DNA of 64,000 nt from Candidatus Freyarchaeum deiterrae (GTDB taxonomy: Archaea > Asgardarchaeota > Jordiarchaeia > Jordiarchaeales > Jordiarchaeaceae): assembly GCA_037305845.1 (NCBI GenBank), contig CP147778.1, forward strand, positions 3,232,001 through 3,296,000. The letters are read 5' to 3'. Below the pieces are notes generated by a model, which worked only from the letters and a program-made list of their open reading frames with translations, searched no databases and was not told the origin of the DNA. Position numbers and translations under genes: made by a program. This document shows positions 39,951 to 48,812 of the stretch, in pieces; position 1 is the first letter of the stretch; each line of letters begins with the position of its first letter.

Positions 39951-40865
39951 CTAAAGGTTTATTGCCCCGCAGCATGGGCACTCCTTGTCAATCGTAAATA
40001 CACGTTTTTTACAATATGGGCAAATGGTTTCTCTTGGGACCATCGACTTCCAAATTCCGTCAAGTCTCTGCTTAGTCTCCGGTTTTACCTCATCACGTCT
40101 AAAATTGTGGGATTCAACTTTTTCTGAGGAAGTAGAAGAACCTGTTGCTTCGATTTCCACGAGTGGTAGCTTTGACCCCTGCTGGGGTGCCGTTAACGTT
40201 TCTGGGATTTCGGTTACCATTGACGCCTCTTGGGATGCTGCCCCTGTGTTTGGCGCGGTTTTCAATTTAGCTAAGGGAATTGTAATTTGCGTATACTCTG
40301 GTTCTGCCACCATGTTCGATATTGGAGTTGGTGTTGCTTTACGTTGAGCGTTAATAATTTGCCATCTTAATGAAAACATTTCTCTTATGGCTCTGTCAGA
40401 AATCAGTATCCCTGCTTCTGGTGCTCTTAAGTTTAAGGCTCTGGCTTTTCCGAGAGTTTCCCCTATTTCTTTTTTGACGTTTTCGGGCAGATCCTTGAAC
40501 TGTATTATAGTTGTTCCCAGTTGGCCGTGAGGCATAAAAATAATATAGTTTTTTGTTTTTTCGAAGGAATACTTCACAATTTTATCTAAGGCGAGTTCCA
40601 TGTAGAATGCGCGATGCTTACTCTTGGAAGCGGGAAAAACAGGTACCATAATACCTGTGTAAACTCGGCTGTTGGTGAATTCGGTTATCAGGAATACTCG
40701 GGATTCCGAGATGATGAAAGTAGCGGGGAACCCTTTCTGAAAGCCTAAAGCTTTCCTCCTGGCATATCTTTTCCCAGTCCATAAGTCTATAGGTTCACTC
40801 CAATTCACAAAAACTCTAACGTCATATTTTCCCAAAATTTTCTCTTCGGATTCCAAGCTGACCAC
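39951..40865 (-). CDS. Hypothetical protein: possible PH/GRAM-like N-domain, P/T/S/A-rich linker, C-terminal zinc ribbon
   Basis: ATFIISESRVFL and ELALDKI pattern, low-complexity middle, CPYC...CPCCG. Confidence 0.5.
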   Translation of the reverse strand: MVSLESEEKILGKYDVRVFVNWSEPIDLWTGKRYARRKALGFQKGFPATFIISESRVFLITEFTNSRVYTGIMVPVFPASKSKHRAFYMELALDKIVKYSFEKTKNYIIFMPHGQLGTTIIQFKDLPENVKKEIGETLGKARALNLRAPEAGILISDRAIREMFSLRWQIINAQRKATPTPISNMVAEPEYTQITIPLAKLKTAPNTGAASQEASMVTEIPETLTAPQQGSKLPLVEIEATGSSTSSEKVESHNFRRDEVKPETKQRLDGIWKSMVPRETICPYCKKRVFTIDKECPCCGAINL

Positions 40866-41268
40866 CGCAATTTGAATAAACTATTCTACTATAGTATATT
40901 AATCTTTTTGGAACTCTCCCAATTGAATTTTATGATATTAATTACCCAATTTTGGGAAGTGCCTTATGAATTTTTTTTGAGTAAATTCGATACACCCCAA
41001 AAAGCAATTCATCAACATGTAAAGATAAGTAATCTTGTCTGATTGACATTTATCAAATATAATTCAGAAAACATGTGCCGAATATTCAGGTTAGAGAGCC
41101 TAAATAGATGAGCCGAAAAACGATTATTATCAAAAATTTAAAATTCAATCAAGATTTTAGCTTTCATCCAACAATCTGCTTTTGAGCTTGGATGCATCAT
41201 ACTTTCCAATAGATATTATCGTGAATAGCGAATATAATTGGTTTAATACTTCTTAAGGAGTTTATAGT

Positions 41269-41502
41269 TTACTTCTTGAGTCTCTCCGAAAATAGTATAT
41301 GACCATCAAAAGAATAATGGCAGTCAGTACAATACGGTATATAACAAACGAATCCATTCATGTCTCTGCAATAAACACTGATATTCTTGCCATTACAACT
41401 GGGACATATAAGACATGTTAACTCCTTTTTATCTTCTAACATTTTTAACCGCTGAATTTTGTGATTTTGATTTTTCACAATCTCCATTTTTAATTTATGC
41501 AT
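41269..41502 (-). CDS. Small zinc-ribbon protein (CPxC...CxxC); start uncertain (41523, 41502 or 41487)
   Basis: CLICPSCNGK...YCTDCHY. Confidence 0.55.
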   Translation of the reverse strand: MHKLKMEIVKNQNHKIQRLKMLEDKKELTCLICPSCNGKNISVYCRDMNGFVCYIPYCTDCHYSFDGHILFSERLKK

Positions 41503-41520
41503 ATTCCCATACCAACCTCG

Positions 41521-41759
41521 CAAGGGAGATTAGGGACGGTTTCTATGCTATCTTTACTCTAAAAAGGTCATTCAGTCTCTCCCGACCTCTTTGATGTACT
41601 ACTCGAGTGATATATACTGTATCAGGATTGTAAGCTTGCTTATTATTCCAGTCCCTAAGTCCTGCCGAGACTAAAGATTTATGGTGAGGCTGTCCCGAAT
41701 TAGATTCTGTTTCTTATAACTTAGGCCCTAAGCTATACCCTTATCTACCAACTCCCTTG
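41521..41759 (-). ncRNA. Candidate ~240-nt multi-helix pseudoknotted RNA (leader or standalone)
   Basis: Nested helices CAAGGGAG/CUCCCUUG, UAUAGCUUAG/CUAAGUUAUA, GGGAC/GUCCC, AUCUUUA/UAAAGAU, CAGGA/UCCUG, AAAGAGGUC/GACCUUUUU, crossing pair UAGUCUC/GAGACUG. G-U pairs favour the minus strand. Confidence 0.65.
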
Positions 41760-41785
41760 AGTTAATTTAATGTTAAAAATAAAAA

Positions 41786-41800
41786 TATATAAATTTTTTG
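41786..41800 (-). promoter_or_regulatory. BRE + TATA box upstream of the 41521-41759 RNA
   Basis: Minus strand CAAAAAA-TTTATATA, ~26 nt before the first paired base. Confidence 0.6.
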
Positions 41801-42054
41801 CTATAAATGTGTTTAAACTGACATAAAGTAGATTACAAGCATAAACAGGGCAAGAATAAAAATTCCATTGAATAAATTAAATTAAAACACATTCTAGAAC
41901 AATCAGCGATTATACCACATTTGAAATTAAATCTCAAGTAAACCCGCGAAGCAGAACATTACAATTAAAAGCCCAATGGTGAACAAAGTTCTTTGGTTGA
42001 TGACCCGAAAAGCCGAGCAAAAAGGAAGTTTACCCTAGAAGTTGCTCATTCTTC

Positions 42055-42633
42055 TTATTTAGGTTTGAAATTCTTCCCAATACTCCAAGCTGGACCAACG
42101 AGTTCCCCAATCTTCCAGTAGTTCCTGTCCAGCACGGAGAACACAATGGGGTTTATCTTCTTGATATCCGGTCGGCCGTCGGTTAAGTATCGATCCTCCG
42201 AGTAGGCTGCAACAATCTCCCCGATGAAAACCTCGTCAGCGGAAAGTTCCAGAGTCTGGACTAGTTTGCACTCCATATTAATTGGGCATTCCTTGATCAT
42301 GGGTGCAGTTTTGAGTTTCCCGTAGAAGGTTTCAAAAAGCTTGGATTTATCCACTTTGCCTCCAGAAACTAAACCGCAGTAATCTGTGATTTTAGCCATT
42401 TCCACGGAAGGAATATTGACACTGAAAGTTTTGTTTTCCTTAATTCCCGGGTTAGTATAATGAGCTTTATTCAGGGCTACCGAGATAAGAAGAGGGCTTA
42501 TATTTACCATTCCGCAAAAAGCAACAGTCAGATAATTCGGTTTACCACTCACGTTCGCCCCAATCAGAGTGGTAGGCATAGGATAAAAATATTTGGTACC
42601 AATTTCCTTTTTTTCCATAGTTTTCTCCTCCAT
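42055..42633 (-). CDS. Flavin reductase (flavoredoxin) family protein
   Basis: YPMP..LIGA, HYT..GI, FSVNIPS, DYCG.VSG, APMIKECP..MEC, FIGEIV. Confidence 0.9.
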   Translation of the reverse strand: MEEKTMEKKEIGTKYFYPMPTTLIGANVSGKPNYLTVAFCGMVNISPLLISVALNKAHYTNPGIKENKTFSVNIPSVEMAKITDYCGLVSGGKVDKSKLFETFYGKLKTAPMIKECPINMECKLVQTLELSADEVFIGEIVAAYSEDRYLTDGRPDIKKINPIVFSVLDRNYWKIGELVGPAWSIGKNFKPK

Positions 42634-42852
42634 GACAATACGCTGTTTTTCAATTTGTAAACAAGTCTGAGATAACGCTTTCTTATATATTGATTTCGGA
42701 AAGTGGCGAAAAACACTAAGTGAAAAAGAATACGACAGAGGAGAATCTGTTACTATTTCACATTCTTTTAAACCAAATTTTAGTCACAACTTTCAAATTA
42801 CAAAGCTCAGAGCGCACTTCGTACCCTCCAAAAATATCTCCAAGAGAGTTCG

Positions 42853-43026
42853 TTAACAATGATCCTCTTCATGATGTTCATGACGTTCATGATATTCTTC
42901 ATGATGTTCTTCAAACTCTCCTTCTCTGTGACTTTTTTTACCTTTTTTTGAAAGCTTTGGTTTAATACCCAATTTTTTTCCTCCCATTTCTACGTCTTTC
43001 ATCACTTTTTTGGTCTCATCTGCCAT
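42853..43026 (-). CDS. 57-aa Lys-rich / His-Glu-rich microprotein (below the ORF-track cutoff)
   Basis: MADETKKVMKDVEMGGKKLGIKPKLSKKGKKSHREGEFEEHHEEYHERHEHHEEDHC, with GGGGT SD. N-terminus resembles 43215-43610. Confidence 0.65.
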   Translation of the reverse strand: MADETKKVMKDVEMGGKKLGIKPKLSKKGKKSHREGEFEEHHEEYHERHEHHEEDHC

Positions 43027-43214
43027 TCGATTAACCCCATGTAACGCCGTCTATTTGATATTCGATGCAAATAAAAAGAGAAAAAAAAGTAAGGGAGAGG
43101 CAGATTGACGCAGAATTTTTTAATCTCATATTTTTTAGACTCACTCTACGGTACAAATAGAGCATTACTTAACGCGCTTATACTAACCTAAAATATCTTT
43201 AAGAAAGCTCATTA

Positions 43215-43610
43215 CTAATATTCACTGTCTTCACTTTCTGTCTCTTCCTCGTCACTAGTTTCTGTCTCTTCTTTTTCTCTGCGTTCTTTTTGTGCTTGTT
43301 CCCTTCCCCGCTTCAACCCTTCACTATATGCTTTATCTGCTTTTTCTTTAAGTTCTTTTTCTCTCTTTTCTCTTTCTGCTTCTTCTCTGCCTCTCTTCAA
43401 CCCTTCTTCGTACGCTTTGTCTTCCCTTTTTTCATCTTTTTCTCTCTCTCTTTCTTTCTCTATTTCTCTATGTTCTCTGTGTTCTATTTCTCCGTATCCT
43501 CTGTATTCTCTTGGTCTGTGTGCTTTTTTACGCTTTTTAATGCCCAACTCTTTTTTTACTTCTTTTTTAATTATTCCTTTTACTATTTTTTCCGCTTCTT
43601 TACCTGCCAT
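43215..43610 (-). CDS. Highly charged 131-aa protein with internal DKAYxEGLKRGRE repeat
   Basis: Basic N-terminus with ELGIK, two DKAY(E/S)EGLKRGRE repeats, acidic tail. Confidence 0.7.
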   Translation of the reverse strand: MAGKEAEKIVKGIIKKEVKKELGIKKRKKAHRPREYRGYGEIEHREHREIEKEREREKDEKREDKAYEEGLKRGREEAEREKREKELKEKADKAYSEGLKRGREQAQKERREKEETETSDEEETESEDSEY

Positions 43611-43886
43611 TCAACCCACTCCGAGGGTGTTTTTAATTATGAGAGATGTATCTTAAATAGTTTCTCGTTTTCAGAGGTTGTGAGAAGAGTTGGTTTTTAG
43701 TTATGGAGAAACCACCTTAACCCTTCAAAAACAGTTTTGAGCCAGTCTGTCCACGCTCCTCTAAATAATTAGAGAAAGAGCTTTATAACAATAGCAGATA
43801 TAACTCGTAATAAGTATAGTTTTTGATCGGCGCATTATTTTTTGTGGAATTGGAAACCTAACAATATTTTTTTTGAGGGCCTAAAA

Positions 43887-44801
43887 ATGTCCAATAAAGT
43901 GTTAACCTTAACCGGGTCTGATGAACTGCTTCATCAACCAGATAATAGACTGAAATGGAGAGAATCGTACTACTTCAACTGGGTGGATGCTGAAGACAAT
44001 GTATCCGGTTTTACAACCATCGGCATACTGCCCAACGAGAAGAAGAGAGAATTCGTATTCCTTCTCTTCATAGACGATGAAATTGAGATACACTACCTGG
44101 AACCGCCTCTTGAAAAATACGAGAAGGACATCAACGAAAGTCTAACAGACAACAGCCTCACCTACCAAATGGTTGAGCCACTTCAAACCTGGAAAATACT
44201 ATACATGTGTCCGAAACTCGAATTCAATCTGAGTTTCAAAACAAGATTTCCAACCTATGATTTTGGAAAAGACTCCTCCGCTTCCTGGCACGGCCACTTC
44301 GAAGCCTCAGGAAAAGTGAAAGGCTACATCAAGTTCGAAAACGGAACAAAGAGGAATATCATCGGATTCGGTCAACGCGACAAAAGCTGGGGCTACAGAG
44401 ACTGGCACGAGTTCGACAAATGGTACGCAACCCACATCCAATTCAAAGACTGGACCTGCGCATTCCGAAAGGATTACCGAGGAAACCGAGCAGCCCTCTC
44501 AGGCTACATAGCTACAAAGAAGGGAACCACACCCATAGCAAAAGCCGAGATAGAAACCGTCAACGACAATGACCCGTTCCAAACCCCACTCACGTCAACA
44601 TACCACATAACCGATACCAAAGGAAAAACCTTAACAGCTAAGTCAAGATTACTGGGAAAAAAAACCTATCTACGCTTCGCAAGAAACTTCTCCGAAGGAT
44701 ACACCGAACTCTTCGAACAAATGGTAATAATAGAATCAGAAGAAACCGGAGAAGTTGGAACCGGCATGACGGAATACCTGAGAACCATAAAGTCGAAATA
44801 A
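43887..44801 (+). CDS. Hypothetical beta-rich protein (AttH/CrtC/tocopherol-cyclase-like fold candidate)
   Basis: WRESYYFNW, HFE..G, GQRDKSWG.RDW, terminal G.G..EY. ATG at 43887. Confidence 0.6.
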   Translation: MSNKVLTLTGSDELLHQPDNRLKWRESYYFNWVDAEDNVSGFTTIGILPNEKKREFVFLLFIDDEIEIHYLEPPLEKYEKDINESLTDNSLTYQMVEPLQTWKILYMCPKLEFNLSFKTRFPTYDFGKDSSASWHGHFEASGKVKGYIKFENGTKRNIIGFGQRDKSWGYRDWHEFDKWYATHIQFKDWTCAFRKDYRGNRAALSGYIATKKGTTPIAKAEIETVNDNDPFQTPLTSTYHITDTKGKTLTAKSRLLGKKTYLRFARNFSEGYTELFEQMVIIESEETGEVGTGMTEYLRTIKSK

Positions 44802-44823
44802 CCACTCTAAACGAATCTTTTAC

Positions 44824-44868
44824 AAAAAAAGTAAATTAAAAAAAAGAATTACTCCGCGAATCGCGGAG
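44824..44868 (-). terminator. GC hairpin plus U tract after ABC permease 1
   Basis: CUCCGCG-AUU-CGCGGAG followed by T-runs on the minus strand. Conserved with 47741-47786. Confidence 0.6.
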
Positions 44869-44916
44869 CTTTAACTAAGATACTTCTTTCACGCAATCAG
44901 AGTGCGATACCGCTGT

Positions 44917-45960
44917 TTACTTCTTGCTAGTTCGGAAAGATAGCCCTCCTAGCGCTACCATTACTAACGCGAATGCCCCGAGTATAGTTAAGTCCAACCA
45001 CATTGGATTAACCATGTTTCCGAATATTAGTGCCTGGGCTATGTTAGCCGAATTCATAAATCCGAATGATGACACTGTGCCGCCCATTATAACTCCTCTT
45101 AAGGCGTCAACGGCGTAACTTAATGGGTTGACGAGGTTTAATCCCTGGAACCAGGATGGAATACCGTTTATCGGTAGTAATGTTGGAATTAATTGTGTCC
45201 CTTTAGTTTGGATATAGTATAGTATTTGGACCACGGGGGACAAACCGGGTATCGGTAGTATTATTCCCCAAGCCTGATAGGCTAGTACCGAGAACCAGGC
45301 TGGCAGGGCTTGTACTGGGAACATTGCTCCACTGGAGAAGAATAGAGGTAGGTTAATCAAGTTTACTATTAAGCCGAATGATTCAAAGGTTTTCATTCTT
45401 GAAGCAATAATTAAACTCATGCTCACGAAACTGATAGTTATTAAAAACATAATTGGTAGGCATTCTAGAAATTGAGTGGGGCTAATGTTAACGCCAAAGA
45501 GGAATGCTAGAAATAGAATAATTATTCCCTGAATTAATGCGTCGGTTGCTCCGCCAAGCATCTTTCCTGCGAACACCGAAACCCTTTTGAGAGGCGCAAT
45601 AAGCATTTCCTTCAAAAAACCAAATTGCCGGTCAAAGAGTGCTGAAATTCCTAGAAAAACACCCGAGAACATAAGAGCTTGTGACACGATGCCTGGAAAA
45701 AGATAGTCTATGTAGTTTACGCCACCTGACTGAGAGAAGAAGCCTGCAAATCCTAAACCGAATAGTATTAACCATACCAGAGGAGAAATAACAGCAGTAA
45801 TTATACGTGACCTATCACGCGTATACCTTTTTACTTCTCTCAGCCATATTGCGTACAAACCACCCAGCTCGGCAGTTATCCCTTCGCTCGTTTTTTCTTC
45901 TTTCGTCGCTTCTACTGCTTCTTCTTTCATTTTCACTTTACTCTTTTTTTCTTTCTTCAT
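44917..45960 (-). CDS. ABC-2 type exporter permease (DrrB-like) 1
   Basis: DRQFGFLKEMLIAP, FFSSGAMFP, NPLSYAVDALRG. Confidence 0.9.
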   Translation of the reverse strand: MKKEKKSKVKMKEEAVEATKEEKTSEGITAELGGLYAIWLREVKRYTRDRSRIITAVISPLVWLILFGLGFAGFFSQSGGVNYIDYLFPGIVSQALMFSGVFLGISALFDRQFGFLKEMLIAPLKRVSVFAGKMLGGATDALIQGIIILFLAFLFGVNISPTQFLECLPIMFLITISFVSMSLIIASRMKTFESFGLIVNLINLPLFFSSGAMFPVQALPAWFSVLAYQAWGIILPIPGLSPVVQILYYIQTKGTQLIPTLLPINGIPSWFQGLNLVNPLSYAVDALRGVIMGGTVSSFGFMNSANIAQALIFGNMVNPMWLDLTILGAFALVMVALGGLSFRTSKK

Positions 45961-45983
45961 TTTTATATCACCTTCTTTCGCAA

Positions 45984-46967
45984 TTATCTCCTTCTCGCCA
46001 TTTTTGCAAACATTCTTCCATACATAGCTGGTCCTTCTTCGCGGATTTCCCTTCCAGTATAGAAGAGGAATACATCGTTAAGTGTAGGTTCATGGAGTAT
46101 CAGTGATTCTATATCAACGCCTTGCTCTTTAGCTTCGACAGCGATAGATGATATATGTCTCTCACCATTCTCGACAGTTATCATTACCGAGTCCGCTGTG
46201 TTCTTCACGTTTTTCACAAAATCCTGTCCCGATACCATATCAGCCAATTTTTTAACCGACTTGGTTTTCACGATAATCACATCTCCACCAAGCTGTTTTT
46301 TCAACTCTGTCGGGTTTCCCTCAGCCTTTATTTCGCCCAGATCTATAATCGCCAGTCTATTGCAAAGCCTGTCGGCTTCGTCCATGTAGTGGGTGGTTAT
46401 AATTATGGTCATTTTCTCCTGCTTGGCCAGTTCATCTATGTAGTCCCATATCTTCGCACGAGTCTGGGGGTCGAGCCCGATTGTGGGTTCGTCAAGGAAC
46501 AGAACTCTCGGTCTGTGAACAAGGCCTCGCGCGATTTCGAGGCGTCTACGCATTCCTCCAGAGTATGTTCTCACAAGACTTTTTGCTCTGTCAGTAAGTT
46601 CCACAAGCTTTAGAGCCTCATCTATCCTCGGCTTTGCAACTTTTTTTGGAATATGATATAGCCTTGCATGTATTTCCATGTTCTCGCGGCCGGTTAGCTG
46701 GTCATCTATAGCCGGATCTTGGAAAACTACTCCTATTGATTTCCTTACCTGGTTCTGCTGCTTAACAACATCGTAGCCATTCACAAATGCCTCGCCTGAA
46801 GTGGGATATAACATACAGCTCAGCATGTTGAGTATGGTTGTTTTACCCGCTCCGTTCGGACCAAGTAAGCCGAATATTTCACCTTCATCAATACTAAGGT
46901 TTACTCCATTTACCGCAACCAATTCTCCATATTTTTTCACAAGGTTATGTGCCTCAATAATGTGCAT
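45984..46967 (-). CDS. ABC exporter ATP-binding protein (DrrA-like) 1
   Basis: GPNGAGKTT, YSGGMRRRLE, LFLDEPT, TTHY, EPTLNDVF. Confidence 0.93.
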   Translation of the reverse strand: MHIIEAHNLVKKYGELVAVNGVNLSIDEGEIFGLLGPNGAGKTTILNMLSCMLYPTSGEAFVNGYDVVKQQNQVRKSIGVVFQDPAIDDQLTGRENMEIHARLYHIPKKVAKPRIDEALKLVELTDRAKSLVRTYSGGMRRRLEIARGLVHRPRVLFLDEPTIGLDPQTRAKIWDYIDELAKQEKMTIIITTHYMDEADRLCNRLAIIDLGEIKAEGNPTELKKQLGGDVIIVKTKSVKKLADMVSGQDFVKNVKNTADSVMITVENGERHISSIAVEAKEQGVDIESLILHEPTLNDVFLFYTGREIREEGPAMYGRMFAKMARRR

Positions 46968-47063
46968 AGATTCAACTCCAATTAATTTTGTTTTAGTTCC
47001 AAAATTTATTGATTTTTACAACGTCTTCTTAGGTTTCATTTTTCTTCCGAAAAAATTCTTCAT

Positions 47064-47609
47064 TTAACTTTCAATGAGCCTCCTAACTATATCTTCAATC
47101 TTCATAGCAGTCTCTTCTAGAGTCTTCTTAGCCTCCTCGGCGGCTTCTTCTGAGTATTCCTGTTTCAGCCTGCCCAGTAACCTGAAAATCACATCATCTA
47201 GTTTTTGCATAGCTATAAATATCCCTGTGGACCTCTCAGAAAAAATTTCAAGCCAGGGAGCCTCCATAAAGTGGGATATACTCTTGAATTGCCTCACGCG
47301 CTCAATCATCGCCTCCTTGATTTTGGTTAAATCCTCCAACAAGGTCTTCCCTTGCTCCGTCAAGGCGTAGCGCTTCATCCCAGTATCCACCGCGTCCTCC
47401 TTTATGAAACCCTTTTCCTCAAGCCAGGAGAGCAGCGGATAGATGGAGCCGGGGCTCGGCCTCCATTGTCCGTTCGTCTGCCTTTCTATCTCCGACATTA
47501 TCTCAGAGCCTGACATAGGCTTCTCGTTGAGGAGCTTTAGGATCTGGTGGCGGAGGAAACCCTTAGGAACCATTGCCATACTCTTCGTCAAACGTTTCGG
47601 GCTTGACAT
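47064..47609 (-). CDS. PadR family transcriptional regulator
   Basis: PMSGSEI, WRPSPGSIYPLL, YALTEQG. Confidence 0.9.
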   Translation of the reverse strand: MSSPKRLTKSMAMVPKGFLRHQILKLLNEKPMSGSEIMSEIERQTNGQWRPSPGSIYPLLSWLEEKGFIKEDAVDTGMKRYALTEQGKTLLEDLTKIKEAMIERVRQFKSISHFMEAPWLEIFSERSTGIFIAMQKLDDVIFRLLGRLKQEYSEEAAEEAKKTLEETAMKIEDIVRRLIES

Positions 47610-47641
47610 CTCAAATCAAATCTCTATTATTATTTATATCG

Positions 47642-47657
47642 ATGTCGATATCGACAT
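47642..47657. promoter_or_regulatory. Perfect 16-bp palindrome ATGTCGATATCGACAT, probable PadR operator
   Basis: Lies between a minus-strand TATA box (TTTTATAA, ~47668-47675) and the padR start. Confidence 0.65.
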
Positions 47658-47740
47658 TGACTTTTCCTTATAAAACTTTCCCTTAACGTTTAGGACTTAG
47701 AACCATAATATCGAAATAACACTCTAAATAAATCTTCCCC

Positions 47741-47786
47741 AAAAAAATAAATTAAAAAAAGAATCAACTCCGCGGATTGCGGAGTT
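47741..47786 (-). terminator. GC hairpin plus U tract after ABC permease 2
   Basis: AACUCCGC-AAUCC-GCGGAGUU followed by T-runs. Paralogous to 44824-44868. Confidence 0.6.
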
Positions 47787-47831
47787 TCACTTTGGGGTAT
47801 GCTTTAAGGCGCTCATATGCTATGAGGCGGT

Positions 47832-48791
47832 CTACTTTCTGGTTCTGAATGAGAATGCGCCCAGTGCTAGCATTAATGCTGCGAATCCTGCAACTATAAT
47901 TATGTCTAACCAGATTGGATAAAGATTGTTTCCGAATATTAGTGAGCGGAGTATGTCAGACTGAAGAGTTGCCGGTGTGAAAGATATCACTGTGTTGCCG
48001 AGTATAATTCCTCTTAGGGCGTCGACAGCGTAAGTTAATGGGTTAAACATATTCAATACTTGGAACCATGCTGGAATACTGTTTGTCGGTACAATTACTC
48101 CAGTGTAATTGTAGATCACTATTGGTAACCATTGAGGTGTGTTGCTTACCGGGAATAATGCGCCGCTTGAAAAGAAGAGAGGTAGGTTAACCAAGTTAAC
48201 TATTAAGCCGAATGATTCAAAACTTCTCATTCTCGAAGCGATAATTATACTCATGCTCACGAAACCAATGGTTGTTAATAGCATAATTGGTAGACAGGAT
48301 AGGAATGTAACGGGGCTAATCGTGACTCCAAAGATGAATGATAGCAAGAGGACAATTGATCCCTGAATTAATGCATCGGTAGCTCCACCAAACATCTTAC
48401 CTGAGAACACTGAAATCCTTCTGATTGGCGCAATAAGCATTTCCTTCAAAAAGCCGAATTGCCGGTCATAGATTACCGAGATTCCCAGAAAAACAGACGT
48501 AAAAAGAAGAGACTGACACACTATGCCCGGAAAAATAAAGTTTACATAGTTGATGCCGCCTGACTGTCTGAAGAAACCAGCAAATCCTACACCGAATAGT
48601 ATCAGCCATACTAGAGGAGAGGTAATCGCAGTAACTATACGAGACCTATCCCGAAAATACCTTTTTATTTCCCTTAAGAATACCGCGTACATACCACGCA
48701 GCTCAGCACGTGTCTCTCCCCCAATCTTTTCTTCTTTCACCACTTCTACTTCTTCTTCCATTTTCACTTTGCTCTTTTTTTCTTTCTTCAA
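47832..48791 (-). CDS. ABC-2 type exporter permease (DrrB-like) 2
   Basis: Paralog of 44917-45960 with the same motifs. Confidence 0.9.
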   Translation of the reverse strand: MKKEKKSKVKMEEEVEVVKEEKIGGETRAELRGMYAVFLREIKRYFRDRSRIVTAITSPLVWLILFGVGFAGFFRQSGGINYVNFIFPGIVCQSLLFTSVFLGISVIYDRQFGFLKEMLIAPIRRISVFSGKMFGGATDALIQGSIVLLLSFIFGVTISPVTFLSCLPIMLLTTIGFVSMSIIIASRMRSFESFGLIVNLVNLPLFFSSGALFPVSNTPQWLPIVIYNYTGVIVPTNSIPAWFQVLNMFNPLTYAVDALRGIILGNTVISFTPATLQSDILRSLIFGNNLYPIWLDIIIVAGFAALMLALGAFSFRTRK

Positions 48792-48812
48792 TTTTATCTC
48801 CTCCTTTCATCT

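Noticed and set aside
41521-41759. Group I intron (GAGACU/UAGUC P7-like), raiA motif (plus-strand UAAGUCCUGCCG), SRP or RNase P
   Set aside because: P7 strands are in the wrong order, and the other conserved elements of these families were not found.
42720-42965. Plus-strand 81-aa ORF with HDV repeats
   Set aside because: Antisense shadow of the His/Glu repeats of the 57-aa minus-strand ORF, which has an SD and a paralog.
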